Source: Pelagomonas calceolata (taxonomy: Eukaryota). Taken from it: a stretch of DNA of 64,000 nt. Of the stretch, positions 53,012 to 63,745 are shown piece after piece. The translations under genes were made by a program, and so were the position numbers. Location: NCBI GenBank assembly GCA_918797485.1, contig CAKKNE010000004.1, positions 2,728,001-2,792,000 of the forward strand, in the 5' to 3' direction. Within the stretch, counting starts at the first letter, position 1; each line of letters starts with the position of its first letter. The notes under the pieces were generated by a model, which saw nothing but the letters and a program-made list of their open reading frames with translations, had not been told where the DNA came from and searched no databases.

Positions 53012-55123
53012 TTAGGCTTCCGGTTCGAATTCGCCGGCCGCGTCGGTCGCCGGCGCCGGCGCCGGCGCGCGCCAGCCGAAGCGCCCCAGCCCGCGGGAGC
53101 TCCCGCTCTGCGGCGGCGCCGTCGCTGCCGGCTGCCGCGAGTCCGTCGCGCTCGGACGGCACGCCGCCTTGTGCGTGGGCCAGTGGGACATCTGGTGCTC
53201 CGCCGAGCAGTAGTAGACGGACTCGCAGGCCGAGCACATGTGTGCGGCCGCCTTGGAGCAGCCGGGCATGGCGCAGACGGCCTTGCGCGCCGGCGACTTC
53301 GGGGGCAGGGGCGTCGCCGGCGGGCTGGGGGCGGCCCGGGTAGCCGCGCTGCACTCCTGCTTGTGCGCGGGCCAGTGGTCCAGTTGGTGCTGCGGGCTAC
53401 AATAGTAGACGGATTCGCAGACCGAGCAGGTGTGCTTGGCCGCCTTCTTGCACCCGGGCTTGGCGCACGTGTGCTTGACGCCGAGCGGCGGCACCGGCGT
53501 CGAGGGCGGGTTGAAGAGGCCCTTGGTCTGCTTGACGGGCCGGAGCATGCCGAGGCAGACGGCGGCGACGCCGACGAGGAGCGAGAAGAGGCCCGAGAGG
53601 ATCGAAAACGCGCAGCCCCAGTGGCAGGAGACGGACTCCATGTCGACGTCCCGGTCTTGTCCTCCCGACCAAGTGCGCCCGTAGTCGTCGTCGCGCCAGT
53701 CGTCGCCCTTCTCCGTATGCTTTTCCCAGGACTCGATGCCCTTCAGGTACTGGTCGCTAAAGTTCGCGGCGCCCCCGATAGCAATCAAGCCGCCGACCGC
53801 GAGGACCACGGCGAGGGTCATGAAGATGCGCGGCGTCGCGTCGTCGGGGCACCCCGGGCAGCAGCACCGGAAGCGGCACCCGCACGCGACGAGGAGCATC
53901 AAGAGCGCGCACGGGGCCATCAGCAGGCACGCGATGCCCGTGGTGTACCGCGCGGTGATCGCCGCCTGCGACACGAGCTTGCAGGACCGGGGGTCCCCGT
54001 AATCGTCGTGCTCCGAGATCCAGGCGCAGTCCTTCACCTTGTCCTCCTTGATGACGTGCTTCTCCGTGTGGCTGTTGTCCTTGTAGACCCAGAACCAGAG
54101 GTCGTTCTCCTCGGTCCATCCGCTCTTCCACTGATTGTCGCGGTTGCCACCGCCGCACGCGCAGCACATCTCGTTCGCGTCGAAGTTCGAGTCGTCGTAA
54201 TTTCCGCAATAGTAATCATAGTCATCATAGTACGAGCAAGAATTTCCATTACTATCAGTGGTCGAGGTATCAGATACGCACTCTCCCACCCACTCGCGGT
54301 CGCCCGACGTGTAGCTCACCTCTTCGTACTCGTCGTCCGTGATCTCGATGTGATACACGGTGCGGGCCCACAGCGGGCCGCGGAGCATGGCGATGCACTG
54401 CATGCCGGCGCACAGGAAGGCCAGGAAGCCGAGCACGACGTAGCGGCGGTTGCTCTTTTGTCCGGCCGGGCAGTCTTTGCACGCCGCGCAGCTGCAGGCG
54501 ACGATGCAGCAGATTACGAGCGCGAGGAGGGCGAAAGTGAAGGCAGCGATGGCACCGACGTCCGCCTCGCAGCAGTCGTTCTCGTGCGCTGCGCAGCAAA
54601 CGTCCTTGTGGCAGCGGCTCCGCGAGTCGGTCCAGTCGTCGTCCTCGTCATCGTCCCCCAACCACCAGTCGTCATCGCCGTCGTAGTAGTGGGTGAGAAA
54701 GCGCCGGTCCTCCGCCTCGTCCTCCGCCTCCCCGAGGCGCCGCCAGGAAGTACCGCCGCCGCACGCGCAACACTGCGCGCTCGCTTTGAAATAATCCCAG
54801 TCGTACCAGCCGCACTCATACGAATTACTGTCATAATATGAGCAGTCTCTACCATTATAGTCATAAGTATAGCAATTATAACCATAATACGTGTTATACA
54901 AGCAACCGGTCGTACTATCTGAACATGGCTGCACTGGGGCGGGCGTCGGGCTGGGAGTTGGGGCAGGACCCTCGCGCTTGGCGAACTCGCCGACGTACTT
55001 GCTGGGCGTCCAGAACGCGCCGCAGGACTTGATCTCCTTCACGTGCTTCTTCTTGCAGACCTCGCAGTCGGCGCGCGCCGCCGGCGCGAGCGCCACCGCG
55101 AGGACGAGCGCGCGAAGCATCAT
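53012..55123 (-). CDS. Cys-rich multi-pass membrane protein (claudin-like TM block) with two C-terminal MYND fingers
   Basis: Signal peptide; two CSYYD...CCACGGG modules; CHKDVCC..CCE module; about 5 TMs; two C-x4-C...CSxCESVYYCS..HQ..HW..HK..C fingers. Confidence 0.85.
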   Translation of the reverse strand: MMLRALVLAVALAPAARADCEVCKKKHVKEIKSCGAFWTPSKYVGEFAKREGPAPTPSPTPAPVQPCSDSTTGCLYNTYYGYNCYTYDYNGRDCSYYDSNSYECGWYDWDYFKASAQCCACGGGTSWRRLGEAEDEAEDRRFLTHYYDGDDDWWLGDDDEDDDWTDSRSRCHKDVCCAAHENDCCEADVGAIAAFTFALLALVICCIVACSCAACKDCPAGQKSNRRYVVLGFLAFLCAGMQCIAMLRGPLWARTVYHIEITDDEYEEVSYTSGDREWVGECVSDTSTTDSNGNSCSYYDDYDYYCGNYDDSNFDANEMCCACGGGNRDNQWKSGWTEENDLWFWVYKDNSHTEKHVIKEDKVKDCAWISEHDDYGDPRSCKLVSQAAITARYTTGIACLLMAPCALLMLLVACGCRFRCCCPGCPDDATPRIFMTLAVVLAVGGLIAIGGAANFSDQYLKGIESWEKHTEKGDDWRDDDYGRTWSGGQDRDVDMESVSCHWGCAFSILSGLFSLLVGVAAVCLGMLRPVKQTKGLFNPPSTPVPPLGVKHTCAKPGCKKAAKHTCSVCESVYYCSPQHQLDHWPAHKQECSAATRAAPSPPATPLPPKSPARKAVCAMPGCSKAAAHMCSACESVYYCSAEHQMSHWPTHKAACRPSATDSRQPAATAPPQSGSSRGLGRFGWRAPAPAPATDAAGEFEPEA

Positions 55124-55471
55124 CGTGAGCGCAGCCGCCGCTTTGGCTGCCCCGCCGCTGCCCAACCTCGGCGCTCGCAGCTGCCCTCAACTCGGAAGCT
55201 CGGTACGGCTCGCTCCACCGCAATCTATTTGCTTTCCGAGGGCCACGGAGGACGCTTCCCGATCTCTCGGTAGTGGCCGGAGAGCTCTTTCGCGAGCCTA
55301 GTGGCTTCAATTTTGATGGGTTGCTGCATGCACTCGGGGCAGCGCTCTGCTGCGCCCGCGGCTGAGCCCCCTGCGCGCGCCCGCACGCAACCCCGCAGCG
55401 GGCGGGGCAGCCCGGATCATCTGTAAGTGCTGGGGAGGGCGTCTGCGTGGCGCAGTCACAGAGCGGAGCCG

Positions 55472-57883
55472 ATGGCCTCTGCTAACATATTGGTGGTTTT
55501 GTTGCTGGCGTCGGCTGAGCTCACGGTGGCGTTGCGACGTCCCGAGGTCCGCGGACTGGTGCGCGCGTCACGCAACGCGTCTGATCTTCGCCGGCTGCAA
55601 TCTTGCGGTTCCGCGACCTTCGTGGCGATAAGTACCTCCGAGTGTCCTTCGGATTCCGACCTGGGGAATTGCTACGACTCTGTGGCGTGCGGCGAACTCT
55701 GCGAGGGCGATGACGAGTGCGGGACTGATGGCAACCTGGACAACTGCGCGAGTTATGACGTCTACAGGAGAGACTGCCCGACTACGGCCGCGAGCTTCGT
55801 GTACGTCAGCCAAAGTATGTATTACGACGACGCGCGCGCGTACTGCCGCGCAAACTACTACGACTTCGCGTCTATCCACAGCTCCAGTGAGAATGCGGCA
55901 GTCGACGCGCTTTGTCCCGGTAATTGTTGGATCGGGGGCTCCGACGCGGCCCAAGAGGGCACGTGGACGTGGTCGGACGGCACCGCGTGGGACTACGAGA
56001 ACTGGTATCCCGGTGAGCCCAACAACTCGGGCAACGAGGACTATGCAGAAATGTGGAGCGATGGCACGTGGAACGACACACCTAATAGTTACAAAACTTT
56101 CGTGTGCAGCAGCAGTAGCGGCAGCACCAGCGGCGATGCGACGACAGGTTGGACGGCATCCGACAGCAATATCCACTCGGCTGTGTATGATTGGATCTAC
56201 AGCCGCAGCTCCGCCGAGTCGACCTATGGCCACATCTCGACGTGGGACACGAGTCAGGTAACGGACATGGCGTATTTGTTTTGCGGGTACGCCTTAAGCT
56301 ATTGCGGCAGTTCGTACACGACCTACAAGTATAACGCGAGGTACTTTAACGACGACATCAGCACGTGGGATACTTCTAGGGTGACAAGGATGTACAATAT
56401 GTTCATGAACGCCCAAGACTTCAACCAAGACCTCAGCGGCTGGAACATTCGGGCCGTGACGGGGGATTTAGGTTACCTTTTCTACCAAACCTATGACTTG
56501 GACCAGTACCTCGGCTGGTGCTTCGAATACGACGTGAGTATAAGCTACGCTTTTTACTACACTGGGTGCTCTTATTCGTCGTGTGGGGTAACGCAAATGA
56601 GCGTCTGCCCGACGCCTGCGCCGACGCGGGAACCGACAAGACAGCCTACCCAGCCAAATTGGGGGTTCCAATCAGGCTGGTGTTCCTCCGACCTGGACGA
56701 GTACGTGGGCGACGCCTCTAGCGTGCAGGATTGCTGGGAGAAGTGCGAAGAAATTCACGGCTTCGACCTCGTGGCCGTCGACCTGGACCTTGAAGGCCAG
56801 TGCTACTGTCAGGACGAGTGCCAGTGCCTGGATCTCGGCCACGGCATGGGATACTACGTGGCGACGCGCGACAATGTCATCGCCGAGCTGCCAGGGATGT
56901 GTGGAGGCTGTTCGGACGTGTGTACGGAGAAAATGTACAAGGGTTCGTGCACCGGCTTCACGCGAGAGGCCAAAGGCAAGTGGGGCGACTGGACGCTGCC
57001 GGAGTACGAGGGCATCGGGTGCTCGAAGGACCAGTGCTGCGCCTCGAACGAAGGCGAGTGCTGCGAGCTCAACGTCGGCATGATCGCCGGCGTCGCCGTC
57101 GCCATCTTCGTCGTCGTCGCCGGCTGCATTGGTGTGTGCTGCTTTTTGGGATGCAAGAAGCGGAAGCAGGAGACCGGCAAGCCGCCCTCGCTGCCCCTGG
57201 TCGGCGACGCTCGGGAGCCTCCGCCGCCGGCGCTGGCGGCGATGCCCCCGCCGACGCCGCCGCCGGCGCTGGTGCCAATTCCCGAGCACAAAAAGCAACG
57301 CCGGTTCCCCGATCTGTCGGCGCCGCTGCCCCCGACCCTGGCGCCCATCAAGGCCCAAGCCGCCGGGATGATGCTGAACGAAGAGACGCCGCCGCAACCA
57401 TCGGCCCCAGTCGCGGAGCCGGTTCAGTCGACGTCGTCGGTGGGATGGGGCGCGCGCTCCCTACAGCGCCTCGCGTCCTGGCGCGCGCCGGCACCGGAGA
57501 CCAGCGAAATGGAACCGGAACCGGAGGTCCCTGCCGCGGAGCCGGAGGTCCCTGCCGCAGAGCCGATTCCGTCGTCCGAGGGCTGGGGCGCGCGCGGGCT
57601 GCAGCGCCTCGCGTCCTGGCGCGCGCCGGCCGCGGCGCCGCCCCCGATCACCCTGGGCGGCAAGAAGGTCGACGTCGCTCAGGAGGAATTGTGCTCGCCG
57701 CGCCGCGTCGACATGGTCCACGCTTCGGTTGAGCGCTGGTACAACACGACCGAGAAGGGCGCCGCGCTGCGCACCAGGTTCGGACCATTCCCCGCGACGC
57801 CGGAGGCGCTCAACAAATGGTACGCACGCAACAAGGTCATGACGGCGTTTCTAGACGATCAGGGCGTACCTCCCGAATTCTAG
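55472..57883 (+). CDS. Type I membrane receptor: C-type lectin + DUF285/BspA-like + PAN-like + Cys module + TM + Pro-rich tail
   Basis: WIGG...WTWSDG...GEPNN...WND; ISTWDTSQVTDM...FNQDLSGW; TM IAGVAVAIFVVVAGCIGVCC. Confidence 0.88.
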   Translation: MASANILVVLLLASAELTVALRRPEVRGLVRASRNASDLRRLQSCGSATFVAISTSECPSDSDLGNCYDSVACGELCEGDDECGTDGNLDNCASYDVYRRDCPTTAASFVYVSQSMYYDDARAYCRANYYDFASIHSSSENAAVDALCPGNCWIGGSDAAQEGTWTWSDGTAWDYENWYPGEPNNSGNEDYAEMWSDGTWNDTPNSYKTFVCSSSSGSTSGDATTGWTASDSNIHSAVYDWIYSRSSAESTYGHISTWDTSQVTDMAYLFCGYALSYCGSSYTTYKYNARYFNDDISTWDTSRVTRMYNMFMNAQDFNQDLSGWNIRAVTGDLGYLFYQTYDLDQYLGWCFEYDVSISYAFYYTGCSYSSCGVTQMSVCPTPAPTREPTRQPTQPNWGFQSGWCSSDLDEYVGDASSVQDCWEKCEEIHGFDLVAVDLDLEGQCYCQDECQCLDLGHGMGYYVATRDNVIAELPGMCGGCSDVCTEKMYKGSCTGFTREAKGKWGDWTLPEYEGIGCSKDQCCASNEGECCELNVGMIAGVAVAIFVVVAGCIGVCCFLGCKKRKQETGKPPSLPLVGDAREPPPPALAAMPPPTPPPALVPIPEHKKQRRFPDLSAPLPPTLAPIKAQAAGMMLNEETPPQPSAPVAEPVQSTSSVGWGARSLQRLASWRAPAPETSEMEPEPEVPAAEPEVPAAEPIPSSEGWGARGLQRLASWRAPAAAPPPITLGGKKVDVAQEELCSPRRVDMVHASVERWYNTTEKGAALRTRFGPFPATPEALNKWYARNKVMTAFLDDQGVPPEF

Positions 57884-57889
57884 CGACCG

Positions 57890-58000
57890 GAAATTCCCCT
57901 TCCCCCCAAATTCACTTTACGACGGACGCCCGCGGCCTCAAGTTTCCCGCCTGGCGCAGTCCGCTCCTCTCGCTTGTCCAGTGCTCCACGCGACCGGACC
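57890..58000 (+). repeat. Conserved 3' non-coding element, copy B
   Basis: ACGACGGACGCCCGCGGCCTCAAGTTTCCCGCCTGGCGCAGTCC...GTGCTCCACGCGACCGGAC. Confidence 0.85.
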
Positions 58001-58265
58001 CGACGGAACTTTCCTCTATTACTCTCACTTTACTAAGACCTCGAAGTGTACTAGTACGAGCTTGTAGCCTCGATCAAACCTCGATAACGCCCGCTCCTGT
58101 TCTCCCGCGAGCCTAGAGTGTGTTCAACTTTTGCTCCTCGGCAGCCTTGCCTTGCTGCTCCTGCTCCTGCCGCGCGCGACCGGCAGTGGCCCACGATGCG
58201 GCGGGCAGCCTAGAGGCTGGCAGAAGTACACGGCCGACGCCCTCCCAGGACGCTGCCAAAGGCCA

Positions 58266-61200
58266 ATGAAGACCGCCGTCGCCCTCGCCCTCTGCCTCGT
58301 CGGCGCCGACGCCAGGAAGCCGTCGCGCGAAACGGCCCGGAGCAGAATCGAGAAGCTGCTGGGCACCCGAGGCGGCAAGAAGACGACGAGCGCGGGCCGG
58401 CGCTTAGGGAGCCCGAAGCAGCTGGTCGACACGGCGCACCCGCTGCTGAAGGCTCGCTGGGAGGCCACCGGCAAGCTTACGCTGGCGGATATCGAGGCGG
58501 CGGCGGCGGCGCCCGAGTGGCGGACCGAGCGGGCCGTGCGAGGCCGGGACCGCGTCTCGCGCCTCGGGAGCATCAATGACGACCGGACCGCCGCCGACTG
58601 CGCGGCCTACACGGGTTCCGGAGCAGCGTGCTTTGACGGCGACCAGTCTTACTTCGACGACGACTTCACGGTGGCGCTTGCGCCGGGCGCCTGCGCCACG
58701 TGCGGCTACAGTGATTCGGCGCCCTCGGGCGGAAGCAACGACTTCCGCGACTGCATCACGTGCGCCGACGCCGCGTACGAACTCATGGTCCTCTTCGGCG
58801 ACTGCACTGGCGTCTGCGTCGACGCGGCCGGCAAGGCGACGCTCGAAGGGATGGGCTTCGCGGACCTGGACGACTCGGCGTGCGAGGCGACGCGGGCGTG
58901 CTACGACGACGACGGCTTCGTCGACTCGCTGGCGCTCGGCGGCACGAACGCGAACTACATCGGCGGCGACGGTGACGACGGTGACGACGACGGCGACGAC
59001 GGGAGCTACTTGTACTCGTACCCGTACGAGTACTGGGGAAGCGGCGTGGGCTGGTGCGACTCGGATCTCGACTACGAGATCGGCTTCTACAGCGGCGAAG
59101 AGTGTTGGGCCCAGTGCGACGCGATGTACGGCTCCGCCCTCGTGGCCGCCGACTGGGACGTGGAAGGCTATTGCTACTGCCAGAACGACTGCAGATGCAT
59201 GAACGACGTGGGGGATCCAGGGGTGTTCCTGGCGACGCAGGGATCGATCGCGGAGCTCCCGGGACCGTGCTCGTACGACTATTCATACTCGTACTCGTAC
59301 CACGAGTTCCTGCTCTGCCCCGACTTAGAGAGCGCTTACGTGACGTGCCTGGAGACGGCAGCCCAAAATGGGGTTGACGCGTCGGCCGGCGGATGGTCGT
59401 GCTGTGCGGCGGATGCCAGTTTCCCGACCACCTGCGCCGGCATGCAAACGTACTACGAGTTCCAGGACGCCTGCGGCGATCCGCCCGCGGCGTGCGCGGC
59501 GGAATGGCACACCTACGTCGAGTGCGTGTACGCGACAGCCCTCGACGCGATAAATGATGATCTAACTGGCGCGGCTCCGCTGAACTGCGACCTCAACTGC
59601 ACGGCGACGTACTATTCATACTCCTACTCGGGCGCGTGCACCGAGAACTGCATCGCGTGCGACGGCCCGGGATACGAGGACTGCCTGGAGTGCGAGAGCG
59701 GCTACGCGCACTACGACGCGGACGGCGACGGCGGGGGCTCGTGCTGGCCCGAGTGTCGCGGGCAGACAGCGTGCTATGCCGACGGCAGCCCATGCGCAAC
59801 GGGCGAGTTTTGCAACTTTGACGGCGGTAGCTCCGGAGCGGGGAATGCTTGTGAGCAATGCTCGTCCTTCAGCGAGTCTGTCGCCTGCTACAATGATGGT
59901 CTGCCAGACGACGGCGCGGTAGATTGCCACGCGTGCTGCTTCGGAGGTGAACCATTATACTCGCACTTGTATAATGAACCGGCCTACTCGTTCTCGTACA
60001 CGTGCTCCGATGATGCTACTACTTGGTCTGATTGTCTCAAGGCGTCGGCCCTCACGTACGACGACGACTTTTTCCAGTTCGACTCCTCGTCGTACGCCTA
60101 CTCGTACGGTCCACCCACGACCTGCGACGAAGCACAGCAGCACCCCTTTTTCGTCGAGCATTGCGCCTATTCGCCCCCGGAGTGCCAGTCAGAGTACTGG
60201 TCGTACGTCGAATGTCTTTTTGAGTACCAGCTGCTGAGCGATCTGAACATCGCCGGGTGCGACCTCGATTGCGCGAGCGCCCCGCAACCGACGCGCGCGC
60301 CCACACTAGCACCGTCGCTCACGCCGACGGCGCAGCCGACAACGCCAAGGCCGACGCCCAAGCCGACGCCGGCGCCGAGCGTCACGCCCGGGAACCCGAC
60401 GGCGATGCCGGTCCCCGCGCCGACGCCGGCGCCGAGCGTCACGCCCGGGAACCCGACGGCGATGCCGGTCAGCGGTTCGCCCGCGGTGTACACCTTTCAG
60501 GCGGGCCACTGCTATCCTGGGTCAGAAGCACCGTTTATCAACACGGGCGGGTCTATGGGCAGCGACCTCGCGGAAACAGGAACGCCCCAAGAATGCTACG
60601 CTTACTGCGTGGGCAATTCCGGTTATATGGGTCTCGATTTGGAGCCCTTGGATAGTTACAGCTCCTCAGGCCACAGGTGTATGTGTACTCGCCCGGGTGG
60701 ACAGACAAGTTTCCGGTCTCGTCTCAAGCGAAGTGAGACCAAGGTTCGATTCGCGCGCAGGCAAACTCGCCGCGGGCGACTACAACGCTGGCTGGATGGC
60801 GTGTAAGAGGCCCGTCGGGAATTCGGTGGCGATCGAAGACATGGACTGGTCCTGGATGGGCGAATCATATGTCTGCTTCACGGAGACGTTCGACGCCGAC
60901 GCCGAGCTTTCGAATTTCTGCAACGACGACGACGACTACAGCTACTCCTACGGCGGCGTCCCGGACGACGCCGTCCTCTGCCCCGGGCTCCCCGCGGCCG
61001 ACTACTGCGACTGCGGCGGCGACTGCACCGGCCAACCCGGCTGGTGCAACTGCACGGAGGCCTTGGAGTGCTGCGGACTGTCACAAGCGCCCTACTCGTA
61101 CTCGTACCTTCCGGCGTACTCGTACCTTCCGTGCCCCGACGAACTGGAGGATTTTACGGACTGCCTCTCGTCTACGCCCGGTTTCACGGCTGACGACGAC

Positions 61201-63531
61201 TTCTTCACTGACAACGACTACAGCTTCTCCTTCGGCGGCGATGCTTTGTGCGACCCTTCCTCATGGCCCGACTTGGACTGGTACGACGGCGGCGGCGTTT
61301 GCGGTGCGTGCAAGGCGCTCGTAAATTGGGAAATGTATGGTTCTACGTGCGGCGGGTACTGCTCCGGCATTGGCCTCACTTGCATCGACGGTTGGGAGGA
61401 GTTTTCGGATGATTCATGTACCGTGGACTATCACCTCGGATGCGACGGATCGGTCAGCACGAGCGACGCGATCTGTGAGTGCAGTAGCAGTGGCAGCAGC
61501 AGCGGCGGCAGCGACGACTTTTCGCCGGAGACATGCGACGACGTCCAGCAGTGGCTCTCAAACGGACAGTGCGCCAACGGGCCCGCCGTATGTCAGACGG
61601 AATATCAGGCGTACTTCGAGTGCATTTACGAGGACTTGGCCCTGAGCGCACTCGGCCTCGCGTGCGATTTCACCTGCGCGCTCCCGGCGCCAGAGCCGAC
61701 GACGCCCGCGCCAAGCGTCGATGGTGAGGGTACTCTGCGCCTCGTCGACGGCACGAGCGCCTACGAAGGCCGGGTCGAGATCTTGCACAATAATGAGTGG
61801 GGTACGGTGTGCGACGATGACTGGGATCTTCAGGATGCCACCGTGGTCTGCGAGCAGCTCTTCGGGACGGACGCCTTGGAAGCCAAGACATCTGCTTTCT
61901 TTGGACAGGGCAGCGGCACGATATGGATGGACGCCGTTTCCTGCGCCGGCGACGAGGCGGTGCTCTCCGAGTGCTCTTTCGACGGCTGGGGCAATCACGA
62001 CTGCGGCCATAACGAGGACGCCGGTGTCGTCTGCAGCACGTGCTTTCCGACGTGCTTTGGAGAAACCTGCGACCACTGGACCACGCATGGCGACAGCTGT
62101 TCGACGCTGGAAGGTACTTATGACTGCGACTGCTCGGGTTGTGCATGTGCTGCTCCGCCGACGCCGACGCCGACGCCGAGGCCAACACCCTGCGCTGGGT
62201 GCGACCAGACGCTTGTGCTGTTCCTGACGACGGACTATTACCCGGGCGAGATCAGCTGGACTGTGAGCACCCAGTCGTCTGCTTGTGCAAGCGTGACGGC
62301 GTCAGGAGGGTCGTACAGTAGTCAACACACGCTGTACGAGATCGTGGTCGCCACGGACTTCTGTGCGAGCGAGAACTACATGTTCGAGATATTAGACTCG
62401 TATGGCGACGGTCTCTGCTGTGGTGGTGGGTCCTGTTCTTGCACTGGTGGTGGGTCCTATTACCTAGAGCTGAACGGCGTCCAGATCTACAGTTCGAATG
62501 GTGCCTATGGCTCTGGCGAGACCTTTTATTTCACCGCAAATATTTCTCCTGCGCCGACGCCGGAGCCCTCGCTGCGCCCAACGCCGAGGCCGACGCCGAC
62601 CCCAACAACGCCGAGGCCGACGCCGACTCCGACACCGAAACCCACGCCGGTGCCGACAGAAGCTCCGGTCGTCGCCGGTTCCCTCACGCTGTCCGGCATC
62701 TCGGTCGCCGAAGCCAGCGGAGAAGAATCCAAGGCCGTTCTCCAGGGCGCCATCGCCGACGTCGCGGGCGTGTCGAAGGGCGACGTAACGATCCTGGGCG
62801 TGGCGGCGGCGCGCCGCCGCCGACTCCAGACCGGCGTCGTCGTCGACTACAAGATCCAGTTGACGGACCACGAGGCGTCGGAGGATGCCGCCGCCAACCT
62901 CGCGAGCGCCAGTCCCGCGGATGTTGATGAGGCGATCGACGACGCCGCGAAGAAGGCGTCCACAAGGGCCGTGTTCGCGGGCGTCGCCACCACATCGCTG
63001 ACGTCCACCGTCGTCGCCGCGACCGACGCCCCGACCGCCGCGCCGACGACGTGGTGGGACAACAAGAAGAAGCGGAAGGATGCCATGCCGGTAATCATCG
63101 GCATCGTCGTGGGCTGTGTCGTCGGGTTTTGCTGCTGCATCGCGGGCTTGTGCCTCTGCGTCGCGAGGTGGCAGAAGAAGCAGAAGCAGAAGCCCCGCAA
63201 GCCTCCCACGCCGCCCCTGGTCGGCGACGCACAGCCACCGACGCCGCCGCCGCCGACGCCACCGCCGGCGCTGGCGGCGATCCCTCAGAAGCGAGGCTGG
63301 TACCCCTCGCCGTCGGCGCCGCCCCCGGCCCTGGCGCCCATCAAGGCCCAAGCCGCCGGGTGGTCGACCGAGGAGCCGCCGCCGCCGCCGCCAGCCGTCC
63401 CTGTCGCGGAGGCGGTGTCCGAGGGCTGGGGCGCGCGCGGGCTGCGGCGCCTCGCGTCCTGGCGGTCGTCGCCGAGGGAGGGCGCCGAGAGTGCACCGGA
63501 ACCGGAACCGGAACCAGAACCGGAAGCCTGA
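58266..63531 (+). CDS. Giant mosaic type I membrane receptor with SRCR, furin-like, PAN-like and Cys-rich modules and PT linkers; intron ~60697..60760
   Basis: Signal peptide MKTAVALALCLVGADA; SRCR LRLVDG..EGRVE..WGTVCDD..DAGVVC; TM VIIGIVVGCVVGF. The two ORFs join via a phase-1 intron ending GCGCAG at 60760 (donor 60697, or alternatively 60709). Confidence 0.85.
60362..60470 (+). repeat. Perfect 52-nt duplication (57-nt period) encoding PTPAPSVTPGNPTAMPV
   Basis: Copies at 60362-60413 and 60419-60470. Confidence 0.9.
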
Positions 63532-63534
63532 AGA

Positions 63535-63660
63535 AAATTCCCCCCCCCCAAATTCACGAAAAGAAAAACAAATTCGCGATCTCCTCACGACGGACGCCCG
63601 CGGCCTCAAGTTTCCCGCCTGGTGCAGTCCCTTCCCTCTCGCTCGTCCGGTGCTCCATGA
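63535..63660 (+). repeat. Conserved 3' non-coding element, copy C
   Basis: AAATTCCCC..CCAAATTCAC...ACGACGGACGCCCGCGGCCTCAAGTTTCCCGCCTGGTGCAGTCC...GGTGCTCCATG. Confidence 0.85.
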
Positions 63661-63745
63661 TGCGAGACCTCCCCTCCTCTACTGCCGTGTTCACAGACAC
63701 GAGCGCATTACTAAAAATCAAACTCTGACTCGGGGGCCCTTTAAC

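Noticed and set aside
52799..54841. 680-aa plus-strand ORF, and similar long ORFs such as 1471..3042, 11518..12504, 20401..21558 and 62464..63609
   Set aside because: Antisense or alternate-frame shadows of well-supported genes in GC-rich DNA; no recognisable domains.
60290..62660. CCGACG-rich repeats as a possible CRISPR array or satellite
   Set aside because: They encode Pro/Thr linkers inside a CDS; no repeat-spacer structure and no cas genes.
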